Shown one piece after another: positions 28,498 to 38,149 of a stretch of 64,000 bases of DNA. This DNA is from an uncultured bacterium (GTDB lineage: Bacteria > Patescibacteriota > Minisyncoccia > Phycocordibacterales > Phycocordibacteraceae), in assembly GCA_937879955.1 (NCBI GenBank), contig CALFMK010000001.1, positions 361,853-425,852 on the forward strand, given 5' to 3'. Each line of letters begins with the position of its first letter. Within the stretch, counting starts at the first letter, position 1. A program made the translations under genes and the position numbers. The notes under the pieces are model-generated. The model saw only the letters and a program-made list of their open reading frames with translations, made no database searches and had not been told where the DNA came from.

Positions 28498-29706
28498 TTA
28501 AGATATGCCTCCTGCCACGTTGTAGATAGGGATGAGTACGGACGCGAGGAGCGTTCCCACGCCGAGACCGAGCAGCACGATCATGAGCGGCTCAATGAGG
28601 TCCACGAGCGTATCCACGGCCGTGGTCACCTCGCGCTGATAGAAGTGCGCGAGCGTGTTGAGGATCTTGCCGAGCTCTCCGGTCTCCTCTCCCACGCGCA
28701 CCATGGCCGTCATGATGCCCGGGATCTCCGCATGGAGCGCAAGCGCGTCCGAGATCGAGGCGCCTCCCTTCACCGCCTCCCCCACCTCCTTCAGGATGTT
28801 CTCGTACGTCGGACTGCCCACGACCGATGCCGTAATATCGACCGCCTCGACGACCGGCACGCCGGACACGAGCATCGTCGCGAAGTTGTCCGCGATGCGC
28901 GAGAGGTAGAGCTTCTGGTACAGGTCGCCGATGTACGGCACGTCGAGCTTCGTCTTGTCGAAGAAGAGCCGTCCGGACTCGGTCTGCAGCGCGCGGTACG
29001 CGAAGAACGCCGCGACGCCGAGCCCCACCAGGAACAGGAAGCCGTAGTTCACGAGGAAGTCCGAGAGCCCGATGACGATCTGGGTATAGATAGGGATCGC
29101 CTGCCCCGAGTCCTTGAGGATGCTCGCGATGCGCGGGATCACCATCGTGAGCATGAGCGCCATCACGACGAAGAACACGCTGATGGTGAAGGCCGGGTAG
29201 ATGAGCGCGCTCGTCGCCTTGTTCATCACCTCGTACGTGCGGTCGAGATAATCCGCGAGATAGCCGAACGTCTCCGAGAGCTTTCCGGACTCCTCGCCCG
29301 AGCGCACCATGTTCACGTAGAAGGTCGTGAACACCTTCGGATGGCGGCTCAGCGCCTTACTGATCGGGCTTCCGCCCTGGAGGTCGTCGGCGACCTGCGT
29401 CATGATCTCCGCGAGATAGGTGTTGTCCACCTCCGCCGCGAGGAGGCGGAAGATGCGGAGCGCGGACACCTGCGCCTCGAAGAGCGTCGCTATCTGCCGC
29501 GACAGGATGACCACGTCCTTGTTCGAGACGTGCCGCAGGAAGCTGATCTCGACGTTGAAGCCGGCCTTCTTCTGGATCGGCTCTATGGACGAGACGATGA
29601 GACCGCGGCGCTGCAGGGTCGAGACCGCGACGTCGACGGAGAGCGCCTCCACCGTGCCTGCGCGCTCGCGGCCGTCCTTATCGAGTGCATGGTAGGAGAA
29701 GAGCAT
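28498..29706 (-). CDS. pilC: Type IV pilus platform protein (GspF family)
   Basis: Two T2SSF repeats: GEESGKL and GEETGEL..IEP. Confidence 0.93.
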   Translation of the reverse strand: MLFSYHALDKDGRERAGTVEALSVDVAVSTLQRRGLIVSSIEPIQKKAGFNVEISFLRHVSNKDVVILSRQIATLFEAQVSALRIFRLLAAEVDNTYLAEIMTQVADDLQGGSPISKALSRHPKVFTTFYVNMVRSGEESGKLSETFGYLADYLDRTYEVMNKATSALIYPAFTISVFFVVMALMLTMVIPRIASILKDSGQAIPIYTQIVIGLSDFLVNYGFLFLVGLGVAAFFAYRALQTESGRLFFDKTKLDVPYIGDLYQKLYLSRIADNFATMLVSGVPVVEAVDITASVVGSPTYENILKEVGEAVKGGASISDALALHAEIPGIMTAMVRVGEETGELGKILNTLAHFYQREVTTAVDTLVDLIEPLMIVLLGLGVGTLLASVLIPIYNVAGGIS

Positions 29707-29712
29707 AGGGTT

Positions 29713-30780
29713 CTATAGGTAGCGCTCGAAGGTCTTCGGGTCGTTCGCGCGCTCGTACGCGTGCTCGATCGTCACCTCGCCGCGACGCACCAGCTCGGCG
29801 AGCGAGCGGTCCATGTCGATCATGCCCTCCTGGGAGCTCGTCTGGATGACGGTCGTGATCTCGTGCGTGCGACCCTCGCGGATGAGGTTCGAGACGGCGC
29901 TGTTGTTGATAAGGAGCTCGTAGGCCGGAAGCTGCCCGCCGGAGATGCGCGGCACGAGGCGCTGGCTGAAGATGCCGGCGAGGGATCCCGCGAGCTGCAC
30001 GCGGACCTGGTCCTGCTGGTTCGGCGGGAACATGTCGATGATGCGGTCGATGGTCTGCGCCGCGTTGTTCGTATGGAGCGTCGAGAGCACGAGGTGGCCG
30101 GTCTCTGCCGCGGTCACGGCCGAGGATATGGTCTCCTGGTTGCGCATCTCGCCCACCATGATCACGTTCACGTCCTCGCGGAAGGCGGCGTTGAGCGCGG
30201 AGTGGAAGTCCGGCGTGTCGATATGGACCTCGCGCTGATGGATGAGGGACTTCTTCTGGTCGAAGATGTACTCGACCGGGTCCTCGATCGTCACGATGTG
30301 CTCGGCGCGCGTCTCGTTGATGCGGTCGATGATGGTCGCGAGGGTCGTGGACTTGCCCTGCCCCACCGGACCCACCACGAGGAAGAAGCCCTGGGAGCGC
30401 TGGCTGAACACCTCGAGGATCGGGGGCAGGTTCAGGGACTCGAAGGAGCGGATCTCGTGCGGGATGAGGCGCATGGCTATCGTCACGCCGCCCTGCACGT
30501 AGTAGCCGTTCACGCGGAAGCGGGATTGCGCCGTGTGCGCGTATGAGAAATCGATGGACTGCTCCTTCGCGAAGCGATCGAGGCGTGAGGCCGGCACGAT
30601 GCTCTTGAGATAGCTCTCCGACATCTCGGCGGTGAGCACCGGATGCTGGAGGAGCGGCACGAGCGAGCCCGAGATGCGGAGGATCGGGTTGCTGCCAACC
30701 GAGAGATGGAGGTCGGACGCGCCTTCGCTGACGACCGTATCGAGGAGGGCTTTCAGGCTTGCGGAGGCCTGCTCGTTCAT
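29713..30780 (-). CDS. pilT: Pilus retraction ATPase
   Basis: GPVGQGKSTT, TIEDPVE, AAETGHLVLSTLHTN, SNLIRE. Confidence 0.93.
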   Translation of the reverse strand: MNEQASASLKALLDTVVSEGASDLHLSVGSNPILRISGSLVPLLQHPVLTAEMSESYLKSIVPASRLDRFAKEQSIDFSYAHTAQSRFRVNGYYVQGGVTIAMRLIPHEIRSFESLNLPPILEVFSQRSQGFFLVVGPVGQGKSTTLATIIDRINETRAEHIVTIEDPVEYIFDQKKSLIHQREVHIDTPDFHSALNAAFREDVNVIMVGEMRNQETISSAVTAAETGHLVLSTLHTNNAAQTIDRIIDMFPPNQQDQVRVQLAGSLAGIFSQRLVPRISGGQLPAYELLINNSAVSNLIREGRTHEITTVIQTSSQEGMIDMDRSLAELVRRGEVTIEHAYERANDPKTFERYL

Positions 30781-31166
30781 GCCTTCGCCTCGATTATCTT
30801 CATGGTCTCCGCGAAGACCTCAGACGGGATGGCAGACGCCTTGATGATGTAGCCGTCCGCACCCAGCTGCTTGGCGTTCACGATATCGGACTCCTGGCCC
30901 TGGTTCGAGAGGACGATCACCTTCATCGTCGGCGCGAGGTTCTCGCGCTTGATGACCTCGAGGATCTCGAAGCCGGTCATGCCCGGCATGACGATGTCGA
31001 TGAGGAGCGCGTCAGGCGCCGGCTGCTCGCGAAGCGCCTTGAGCACCTCTTCCCCGCCCGAGAAGGCGGTCACCTCGTGCCCAGCCGCCTTGAACTTCAC
31101 GGCATACATATCGAGGAGGAAGCGGTCGTCATCGACGAGATAGAGGCGGTAAGGGTTCGTAGGCAT
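30777..31166 (-). CDS. Single-domain response regulator in the pilus operon
   Basis: LVDDD..IDIVMPGMTG..LSNQGQ..GADGYIIK. Confidence 0.9.
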   Translation of the reverse strand: MPTNPYRLYLVDDDRFLLDMYAVKFKAAGHEVTAFSGGEEVLKALREQPAPDALLIDIVMPGMTGFEILEVIKRENLAPTMKVIVLSNQGQESDIVNAKQLGADGYIIKASAIPSEVFAETMKIIEAKA

Positions 31167-31177
31167 GATGGGTCGTT

Positions 31178-32926
31178 TTAGGCGGGAATCTTCTCCTCGT
31201 CCTCCAGAAGCGTCTGGCCGCCCAGGGCGTTCACTTCCTCGAACGGGATCAGTCCTGCTAACGCCTTAATGATAGCATCCTCGCGCATCGTAAACATGCC
31301 CTTCTTGCGGGCGGCGGCGTAGACGCTCTCCTCGGTCGGCTGGGTGAGCACCACATGCTCGAGCTCCTTGTCCATGCGCAGGAGCTCGAAGACGGCGAGG
31401 CGGCCGCGGGTGCCGTTCGGGCAGTCCGGGGACGGCGCGGCCGTGTAGAACGTCTCGAACTTCGGGAGCTTCTCGCGGAACTCGGGCGCCAGATCCGAGA
31501 ACTCGTGCTCGAGGAGCCCCTGCATGCTCTCCGTGAGCGGGAACGGCTTCCCTGCGCCCGGACAGAGCTTCCGCACGAGGCGCTGGCCGATGGCCGCGAT
31601 CAGGGTCGGCGCGATGAGGTACGGGTCGACGCCCATGTCCACGAGGCGCGGGATCACGCCGGCCGCCGTGTTCGTATGGATCGTCGAGAACACGAGGTGT
31701 CCCGTGAGCGCCGCCTGGATGGCGAGCTGCGCGGTCTCCTTGTCGCGGATCTCTCCCACCATGATGATGTCCGGGTCCTGACGGAGGATGGAGCGGAGGC
31801 CGGAGGCGAAGGTGTAGCCGATCTCGGGGCGCACCTGCGACTGCGCCACGCCCGGGATCTCGTACTCGACCGGATCCTCGACCGACACCACGTTCTCCGT
31901 CTCGCGATCGAGCTCCGAGATCATGGAGAAGAGGGTCGTCGACTTTCCGGAACCGGTCGGTCCGGCGATGAGGACGATGCCGTACGGCTGCTTGATGATG
32001 TCCCGGATCTGCGCGAGGTCCGCGGCGGAAAGGCCGATCGACTCGAGGGTCGTCACGGACTTCGCGCTGTCGAGGATACGCATCACCACCTTCTCGCCGG
32101 CCTGCGTCGGGAAGGTCGAGACGCGGAAATCGATGCGGCGTCCCTCCACGGTCGCGGAGAAGCGTCCGTCCTGCGGCTTGCGCTTCTCGTCGAGGCGCAT
32201 CTGGGAGAGGATCTTGATGCGCGCGACCACCGCAGGATGCACCTTCGCCGGAAGCTCGAGAGAGGTATGGAGCTCGCCGTCCATGCGGAAGCGCACGCGC
32301 GTCTTCTCGGGCGTCGGCTCGATATGGATGTCGGACGCGCCGCCCTCAACCGCGTAGCGCAGGATCGTGGCGACGATTTTCGTCACCGGCGCGTCCTCCT
32401 TTATGTTCGCCTCGGCCGCCTCCTCGGTCTTGTCCTTCTCTGCGCCCGGCGCGGCGGCGGCGGAGCCCTCGTACTGCGAGAGCGCCTCCCCCACCACGCC
32501 CGAGAGGTCCTCGTACTCCTTGAGCACCTTCTCGAAATCGGAGCGCGAGATCAGGAAGAGCTTGTACGGCATCCCCACGCGCGAGGATATGAACTGGAGC
32601 GCGTCGAGCGCCTCGATGTTGTCCGGGTCGAGTATGCCCACCTCGAGCGCGCCAGAGGCGTTCGCGATAGGAACGAACTGGTAGTGCCGTGCGGACTCCT
32701 CGGGGATATACGCGAGCACCTCCTGGTCAGCGAGCTCGGCTGGAAGCTGGCGGTACGGGATGCCGTACTTCTCCGAGGCCACCGCGTACGCCTTCTCGGC
32801 CGTGATGCCGTGCTTCTCGAGGACCGCCTCGAGATCGGTGTCGGGCGCGCGCGTCTCTTCGGTGATAGCGGCAACGTCCGCGGGCGTGAGCATGCCCTTC
32901 TCGGCGAGGAGCGTTACGAGGTTCAT
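31178..32926 (-). CDS. pilB: Pilus assembly ATPase (GspE/PulE family)
   Basis: SDIHIEP, PQDGRF, GPTGSGKSTT, LRQDPD, TGHLVFSTIHTN. Confidence 0.93.
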   Translation of the reverse strand: MNLVTLLAEKGMLTPADVAAITEETRAPDTDLEAVLEKHGITAEKAYAVASEKYGIPYRQLPAELADQEVLAYIPEESARHYQFVPIANASGALEVGILDPDNIEALDALQFISSRVGMPYKLFLISRSDFEKVLKEYEDLSGVVGEALSQYEGSAAAAPGAEKDKTEEAAEANIKEDAPVTKIVATILRYAVEGGASDIHIEPTPEKTRVRFRMDGELHTSLELPAKVHPAVVARIKILSQMRLDEKRKPQDGRFSATVEGRRIDFRVSTFPTQAGEKVVMRILDSAKSVTTLESIGLSAADLAQIRDIIKQPYGIVLIAGPTGSGKSTTLFSMISELDRETENVVSVEDPVEYEIPGVAQSQVRPEIGYTFASGLRSILRQDPDIIMVGEIRDKETAQLAIQAALTGHLVFSTIHTNTAAGVIPRLVDMGVDPYLIAPTLIAAIGQRLVRKLCPGAGKPFPLTESMQGLLEHEFSDLAPEFREKLPKFETFYTAAPSPDCPNGTRGRLAVFELLRMDKELEHVVLTQPTEESVYAAARKKGMFTMREDAIIKALAGLIPFEEVNALGGQTLLEDEEKIPA

Positions 32927-33041
32927 GCGCAAGGGCGCAGGCCGCTCGCCTGCGATGATAGGCACCTGATAGAGGAAGCGTCCGTCATGCTTATGAAAGT
33001 GTACTACGGCATCCGCGGTACGCGCGCGATGGCGCCGTGCA

Positions 33042-33353
33042 TTACTTCGACGACACGCCCGGGATCGGCGCGAACGGGTCAGGACGACCGCTCGGCTCGG
33101 GCACGATGACGGTCTTTATGTCGACGAGCTGGGTGAACCTTGGATCCTGGAGGATCGCCGTGTCGAAGCCGACCGGATCGAGCTGGGCCGCGAGCGTGAG
33201 GAACGTCGCCTGCGCCTCGTTGGTCGCAGCTCCCGTCTCGCCTACGGAGATAGGAGCCTCGCTCGCAGGACGCATCCAGAGGAAATACGCCACGAGGCCG
33301 AGCACGACGATGCCGCTCGCTATGAGGATGGTGGTGTTCTTGGAGATCGCCAT
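33042..33353 (-). CDS. Small membrane-anchored pilus-locus protein (PilP-like position)
   Basis: TM helix and C-terminal GRPDPFAP; lies between pilO and pilB. Confidence 0.7.
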   Translation of the reverse strand: MAISKNTTILIASGIVVLGLVAYFLWMRPASEAPISVGETGAATNEAQATFLTLAAQLDPVGFDTAILQDPRFTQLVDIKTVIVPEPSGRPDPFAPIPGVSSK

Positions 33354-33363
33354 AGGGTACGGA

Positions 33364-33930
33364 TTAGCGGAGCCAGTAAATGCGGAACGTCATGGTGTAG
33401 GTATAGACGCCGGTCGCCGAGTCCTGCACGGAGAGCTCGACCACGTCGAGCGGACGCAGGCTCTTCTCGAGGCCGTTGAGGAAGACGCGGAAGGCCTCAT
33501 AGCTTCCCGTCGCGGAGACCGAGACCTCGAGCGAGTCCGTAGACTCGCCGCTCGTGAACACGGAGTCGGGGGTCGCAGCGGCGGCGGCGTCACCTGCCGC
33601 GGAATCCTCGCCGCTCACGCTGAACTGCGAGAGCTCGACGCCCGAGCGCGCGGCGAGCGAGTTGAGGTCAACGATGAGCTGCACGTTGTCGACGCTGTCA
33701 GGCAGCGCGGCGTTCAGGCGCTCGAGCTGGTCGGCAGGGATGGTGCTGCGCTCGCGCGTGAGCGCCACCTCCTTCTCCTTGAAATCGCGCGCGGCCTGCA
33801 GCGCGGTGTCGAGGCTCTTGTTCTCGGCGGAGAGCGTCGCTATCGAGCCCGAATAGGTCGGCTGGATGTACCCGAAGAAGAGGCCGCCAGCGGCAATCAC
33901 GAGGAGGATGGGAATGAGGCGGGAGATCAT
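33364..33930 (-). CDS. pilO: Type IV pilus protein PilO-like
   Basis: TM, coiled coil, LPDS..GSYEAFRVFLNGLEKSLRPLDV. Confidence 0.8.
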   Translation of the reverse strand: MISRLIPILLVIAAGGLFFGYIQPTYSGSIATLSAENKSLDTALQAARDFKEKEVALTRERSTIPADQLERLNAALPDSVDNVQLIVDLNSLAARSGVELSQFSVSGEDSAAGDAAAAATPDSVFTSGESTDSLEVSVSATGSYEAFRVFLNGLEKSLRPLDVVELSVQDSATGVYTYTMTFRIYWLR

Positions 33931-34670
33931 AGCGCAGGTGCGGATACCGGTGGGGTCGATGTCCCCTTCGCAGGGGCAGTGGTCGTAGCCGTCTTGGTCG
34001 TCGTGGTCGCAAGCGGCGCGCCCGGGAGCGTCGCCGGCACGATGTTGCTCGCCGACGCCGGCTCTTCAGGCTCGCTTATGCCCGGAAGGACCTCCGCGGA
34101 CGTGATGAGGCGCGGCTCTATGCTGGCCGAGAGAGAGAACGAGACGGTCCCGTTCTCGTTCAGGGAGATGCCGGAGAAGATGGCGCGCTTGATCTGCTTC
34201 TCGGCGGCGAGCTGCGTGCTCTGCGCGGCGAGCGCGTTGAAGTTCTTCGCGACGCCCTCCATCTGTATCTCCGCCGAGCGGTCCTCGTCTACCGAGAGCT
34301 TGAGGCCGCTGAAACGGACGGTCTGGAGCGTGCGCAGCTCGAGCAGGTCGAAGAACTCGGACAGGATGACGTGCTCGTCGAGGAGCGATTCGAGCGCGGC
34401 GAGACGCCCGCGAAGGCGTATGAAGTCCTCGACCGTATCGATATTGACCGCCTTCTGCGCTTCTTCGAGCTGGACGGTCTTCGACGCGTGCGCGCCCTTG
34501 AGATAGAACTCGTACGCGAACACGGCTCCGGCGATGACGACGCTGGCCGCGGCGACGGACGCGCCGATTATCATGAATACGTTCACGCCGCTCTTCGCGC
34601 GGCGCGCAGGCGCTGCCGCGACCGGCTGCTTAGGGACGAACGAGGTAGGTATGGTCGGAGGAAGGGCCAC
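33927..34670 (-). CDS. PilN-like protein
   Basis: TSFVPK N-terminus, TM, coiled coil; position between pilM and pilO; GTG start. Confidence 0.7.
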   Translation of the reverse strand: MALPPTIPTSFVPKQPVAAAPARRAKSGVNVFMIIGASVAAASVVIAGAVFAYEFYLKGAHASKTVQLEEAQKAVNIDTVEDFIRLRGRLAALESLLDEHVILSEFFDLLELRTLQTVRFSGLKLSVDEDRSAEIQMEGVAKNFNALAAQSTQLAAEKQIKRAIFSGISLNENGTVSFSLSASIEPRLITSAEVLPGISEPEEPASASNIVPATLPGAPLATTTTKTATTTAPAKGTSTPPVSAPAL

Positions 34671-34727
34671 GGTGGGTACAGTATACGGGAAAACGCGAGC
34701 GCTGGCTGCGCCCTTATGCACAGAGCC

Positions 34728-35819
34728 CTACCCTCCCTCCTCCTCGAGCTTGCGGAGCGCGAGCCCGACCGCGACCGCGAACTCAGGGCCGATGGCCTGA
34801 AGCACCGGACGCATGAAGGCGGGCGCCTGGGTCTTCCCGAACGGGTCGGCGATGCGCACGTCTATCGAGAAGAAGGTCTTCGCGTACGCTTCGAGCTCCT
34901 TCGTGACGCCGCCGCCTCCCGTGAGGACGAGCCCGGAGATCTTCTTACCCTTAACGGACTCGTACTGGCTCGCCGCGCGCTTCGCCTCGTCGAAGATACG
35001 CGAGAAGACGAGCTCGATCGAGCGTCGGTCATACGCGCCGTCCGATTTCGCGAACCCGTGCTGCTTCTTCAGGGTCTCCGCGCTCCCCACCGAGATACCG
35101 CTCGACGTGGCGATGGTGCGCGTCACGTCCTGGCCGCCGCGCGGGATGTTGTGCGAGAGTGCGATGACGCCGTGCTCGACGACGTACATCTTCGTCGCGG
35201 AGGCTCCGATATCGAGCACGAGCACCGGCTTCACCGGCTCGTCCACGACCGAGCGGATCGTGCTGAATATCTCTATCTCGTAGAACGAGGCCTCGAGCTC
35301 GGTCTGGCGGACGACGCTCTCAAGGAGCGCGAGCTCGTCGTTATGGACCGCGACGAGGAGCACCTGGATCTTCGAAGGAGGCTCCGCGCCCTCCGGGATC
35401 GCGTCCGGGATGACGAACCAGTCGAGCTGGACCTCTGAGACCGGGACCGGGATGTACTTCCTCGCCTCGAGCTCGATGACGGTCTTCTGCTCTTCGGGAT
35501 TGTCCCGGCGAGGCAGCTCGACGAGCGTGAGCAGGGAGCGCGAGAACGGGATGGACATGCCCGTGTTCTTCGTCGTGACATTCGCCTCGCGCAGAAGGTC
35601 GGCGAGCGTCTCCGCGATCTTCGAGGCAGGCAGGTTCGTCGCCTGCCCCACCTCGACGCCGGCATACGGGCCGAGCGCGAGCTCGCCATACGTCTCGAGC
35701 ACCGCGACGCCGCGATCGCGACGGAGCTGCACCACCTTCAAGGAGGACGAGCCGATATCGATGCCGATGACGCTCCTCGATTTCTTGTTCCCGCTGAACA
35801 GTTTTGACAGGAAGCTCAT
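34728..35819 (-). CDS. pilM: Type IV pilus assembly protein PilM
   Basis: GIDIGSSSLKVV, LDIGASAT, LTGGG, AVGLALR. Confidence 0.92.
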   Translation of the reverse strand: MSFLSKLFSGNKKSRSVIGIDIGSSSLKVVQLRRDRGVAVLETYGELALGPYAGVEVGQATNLPASKIAETLADLLREANVTTKNTGMSIPFSRSLLTLVELPRRDNPEEQKTVIELEARKYIPVPVSEVQLDWFVIPDAIPEGAEPPSKIQVLLVAVHNDELALLESVVRQTELEASFYEIEIFSTIRSVVDEPVKPVLVLDIGASATKMYVVEHGVIALSHNIPRGGQDVTRTIATSSGISVGSAETLKKQHGFAKSDGAYDRRSIELVFSRIFDEAKRAASQYESVKGKKISGLVLTGGGGVTKELEAYAKTFFSIDVRIADPFGKTQAPAFMRPVLQAIGPEFAVAVGLALRKLEEEGG

Positions 35820-35842
35820 TGGGGCGATTGTATCATGCAGAC

Positions 35843-36469
35843 ATGAAGGTATTCCGCGTATTCCTCGACATCCTCTTCCCTCCTCGCGCGAACGAGGCGC
35901 TCGTGACGAGTGCTTCGAGCGAGTCGCTCGGCGTGCATGCGCGCGCACGCGTGGCAGGCATGCACATCGCGGTCCTGTTCCCGTACCGCACCCGACTCGT
36001 CCGCGCCTGCGTGCTCGAGGCGAAGTTCCGTGACAGCGAGCGCGCCCAGCGGCTTCTCGGCCGCGCGCTCGCCGACTACCTGCTCGAATGGAGCGCGGAG
36101 CGTGAAGCGTTCACGGAAGGAGCTATCACCCTCATACCGATCCCACTCTCCCAGGAACGTATACGGGAGCGCGGATACAACCAGACGGAACGCATCGCGC
36201 GCGACGCTGCACAATCGACCCAGTCCATAGCGATCGACACCGGCCTCCTCGCCCGCCCGCGCAACACCCTTCCCCAGACAAGCCTCGGCAAAGCGGAGCG
36301 CCGAGAGAACCTCAAGGGCGCCTTCCAGGCTGTGAAAGCCCTGGATCCGGACCATACCTATATAGTGTTCGACGACGTGCTCACGACCGGAAGCACGCTC
36401 GAAGCTGCCATGGATGCGCTGCGAGACGCCGGGGCGCGCCGCATCTGCGGCCTCGCATTGGCGCATTAG
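35843..36469 (+). CDS. comF: ComF family phosphoribosyltransferase-domain competence protein
   Basis: LDILFP, PIPLS..RERGYNQ, ERRENL, FDDVLTTGSTL. Confidence 0.88.
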   Translation: MKVFRVFLDILFPPRANEALVTSASSESLGVHARARVAGMHIAVLFPYRTRLVRACVLEAKFRDSERAQRLLGRALADYLLEWSAEREAFTEGAITLIPIPLSQERIRERGYNQTERIARDAAQSTQSIAIDTGLLARPRNTLPQTSLGKAERRENLKGAFQAVKALDPDHTYIVFDDVLTTGSTLEAAMDALRDAGARRICGLALAH

Positions 36470-36512
36470 AAATTATCGAGATTAATTTGAAATAGGATAC
36501 GTATCCTAGTGG

Positions 36513-37148
36513 TTGATGCGCTATCCAAACAAATCCCATCGTCATGCCGTTACACTGCCGTCGCCTTCTGTGGAATTGGCAGAGTTCATAGGCATCATGC
36601 TCGGAGATGGCGGACTAAGCAGGTACCAGGTCTCAATATCGCTCAATCAGGAGAGCGATTCTGAATTCAGTGAATTTGTTTGCTCCCTGATACAGGAGCT
36701 CTTTGCCGTCACGCCGAGCGTGTACGATCGCAGGAATCAGCTTCTTCGTACCCTAGTCATATCCCGAACCGAACTCGTAGAATATCTTCACGGCCTCGGG
36801 CTTCCCATAGGGAACAAGGTCTCGCAAGAGTGCGACATCCCCGATTGGATACGTCGCGACCGATCATTCCTTACGGCGTGCATCCGGGGACTTGTCGACA
36901 CGGACGGGTCCGTATTCACTCATCGTTACCGAGTGAACGGGAAATGGTATGCATACAAGAAACTCTCCTTCACCAGCGCATCGCAGCCACTTTTGCATTC
37001 GGTACTGGAATCGCTCATTTCATTCGGCATGCATGCGCGCATAGGCAGTGCCAAGGATGTCCGCATCGACAGCAAAGCCGATATGGAACGTTATTTCACC
37101 CTCATCGGGACGAGCAATCCTAAGCATTTGAGAAGATATGCCTTTTAA
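36513..37148 (+). CDS. Two-motif LAGLIDADG homing-endonuclease-like protein
   Basis: LAEFIGIMLGDGG and IRGLVDTDGS; lower GC than neighbours; ends 18 nt before tRNA-Ser. Confidence 0.8.
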   Translation: MMRYPNKSHRHAVTLPSPSVELAEFIGIMLGDGGLSRYQVSISLNQESDSEFSEFVCSLIQELFAVTPSVYDRRNQLLRTLVISRTELVEYLHGLGLPIGNKVSQECDIPDWIRRDRSFLTACIRGLVDTDGSVFTHRYRVNGKWYAYKKLSFTSASQPLLHSVLESLISFGMHARIGSAKDVRIDSKADMERYFTLIGTSNPKHLRRYAF

Positions 37149-37166
37149 CCTATAGTAACGCTCATA

Positions 37167-37254
37167 GGAGACGTGGGTGAGCTGGCCGAAACCACCACAC
37201 TGCTAACGTGGCAGGGGGTAAAACCCCTCGAGAGTTCGAATCTCTCCGTCTCCG
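37167..37254 (+). tRNA. tRNA-Ser(GCU)
   Basis: Acceptor GGAGACG/CGTCTCC, anticodon loop CT-GCT-AA, long variable arm, TTCGAAT. Confidence 0.95.
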
Positions 37255-37283
37255 CAAAGAAAAACCGCCTTCGGGCGGTCTTT

Positions 37284-38093
37284 TCATATCCCTCGCGCAG
37301 ATGCCTTTCTGCACACCATGAGGAACGCATCGAGGACGAAGAGCTTCTCGGGCGGAGCTTCCTGTGAAAGGTACGGCAGGCGCGTGACGAGCACCGGGAC
37401 GAGTCCTGCAGGCCTGATCGCCGTCTCGTAGAAGTCGACGAGGTTCCGTTCCCACGACGCGTCCTCGATGGTGGCAATGCGCTCCTCGGGACGCGCACCA
37501 TGCTCGAGCACGCGCTGACGTATCGGCAGCGGGTCGCTCACGATGACGACGCCGTCGTCCTTGAGGAGGTCGATCGCATTCGAAAGCAGCGTCCGCGGAC
37601 GCGCACAACGGTCGAGGACGTTTAGTATCGATATCACGTCGAACGACTTTGGCTCGAACGAGGACACGCCGGATGAGAGATCGACATGCGCAGCGCGGAA
37701 CCCCTTACTCCGCAGACGGCGTACCATGGAACGCGACGTCTCCGCTGTCACGATGTCGGGGAACAATCCGCGCGCTCTCTCTGTGACGAATCCCTGCCCT
37801 GCCCCGACGTCGAGCAAGGACCCTCCCCGGAGCAGCTCCGGCACGACACGCTTCCATTGCGCCTCGCTCATGAGATGCATCGGATACATGGCGAGAAGCC
37901 CGTGCACCTCGTACGGAGGCAGGAATCTATAGAGGAGCGTGCTCAGCAGCTCTTCCATCCTGCTCAAGGGACGACGCTCGCATGACGCGACGAAATCCTC
38001 AAGCTCCTGGTCCATACCGAACTCGACCGCTACGGATGCGAGCTCAGGTGGAAGCAGGGACGTATCTATGCGGTATTCAAAAGCGCGGTCCAA
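37284..38093 (-). CDS. METTL9 (DREV)-like methyltransferase
   Basis: HGLL..MHLMS..QW, LLDVGAGQG.VT, DVISILNVLDRC.RP..LL, TRLPYL, VLD match the METTL9 motif order as I recall it. Confidence 0.75.
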   Translation of the reverse strand: MDRAFEYRIDTSLLPPELASVAVEFGMDQELEDFVASCERRPLSRMEELLSTLLYRFLPPYEVHGLLAMYPMHLMSEAQWKRVVPELLRGGSLLDVGAGQGFVTERARGLFPDIVTAETSRSMVRRLRSKGFRAAHVDLSSGVSSFEPKSFDVISILNVLDRCARPRTLLSNAIDLLKDDGVVIVSDPLPIRQRVLEHGARPEERIATIEDASWERNLVDFYETAIRPAGLVPVLVTRLPYLSQEAPPEKLFVLDAFLMVCRKASARGI

Positions 38094-38149
38094 CGCGCGC
38101 AGTATAGCTCATGGAATCCTTAGGATCGCGCGCGTATCATGGTCCGGCC

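Noticed and set aside
31355-34506. Long plus-strand ORFs (584 aa, 489 aa) and similar antisense ORFs elsewhere, e.g. 11076, 19772, 48548, 62196
   Set aside because: Antisense shadows of well-supported genes, expected at high GC3; no recognisable motifs.
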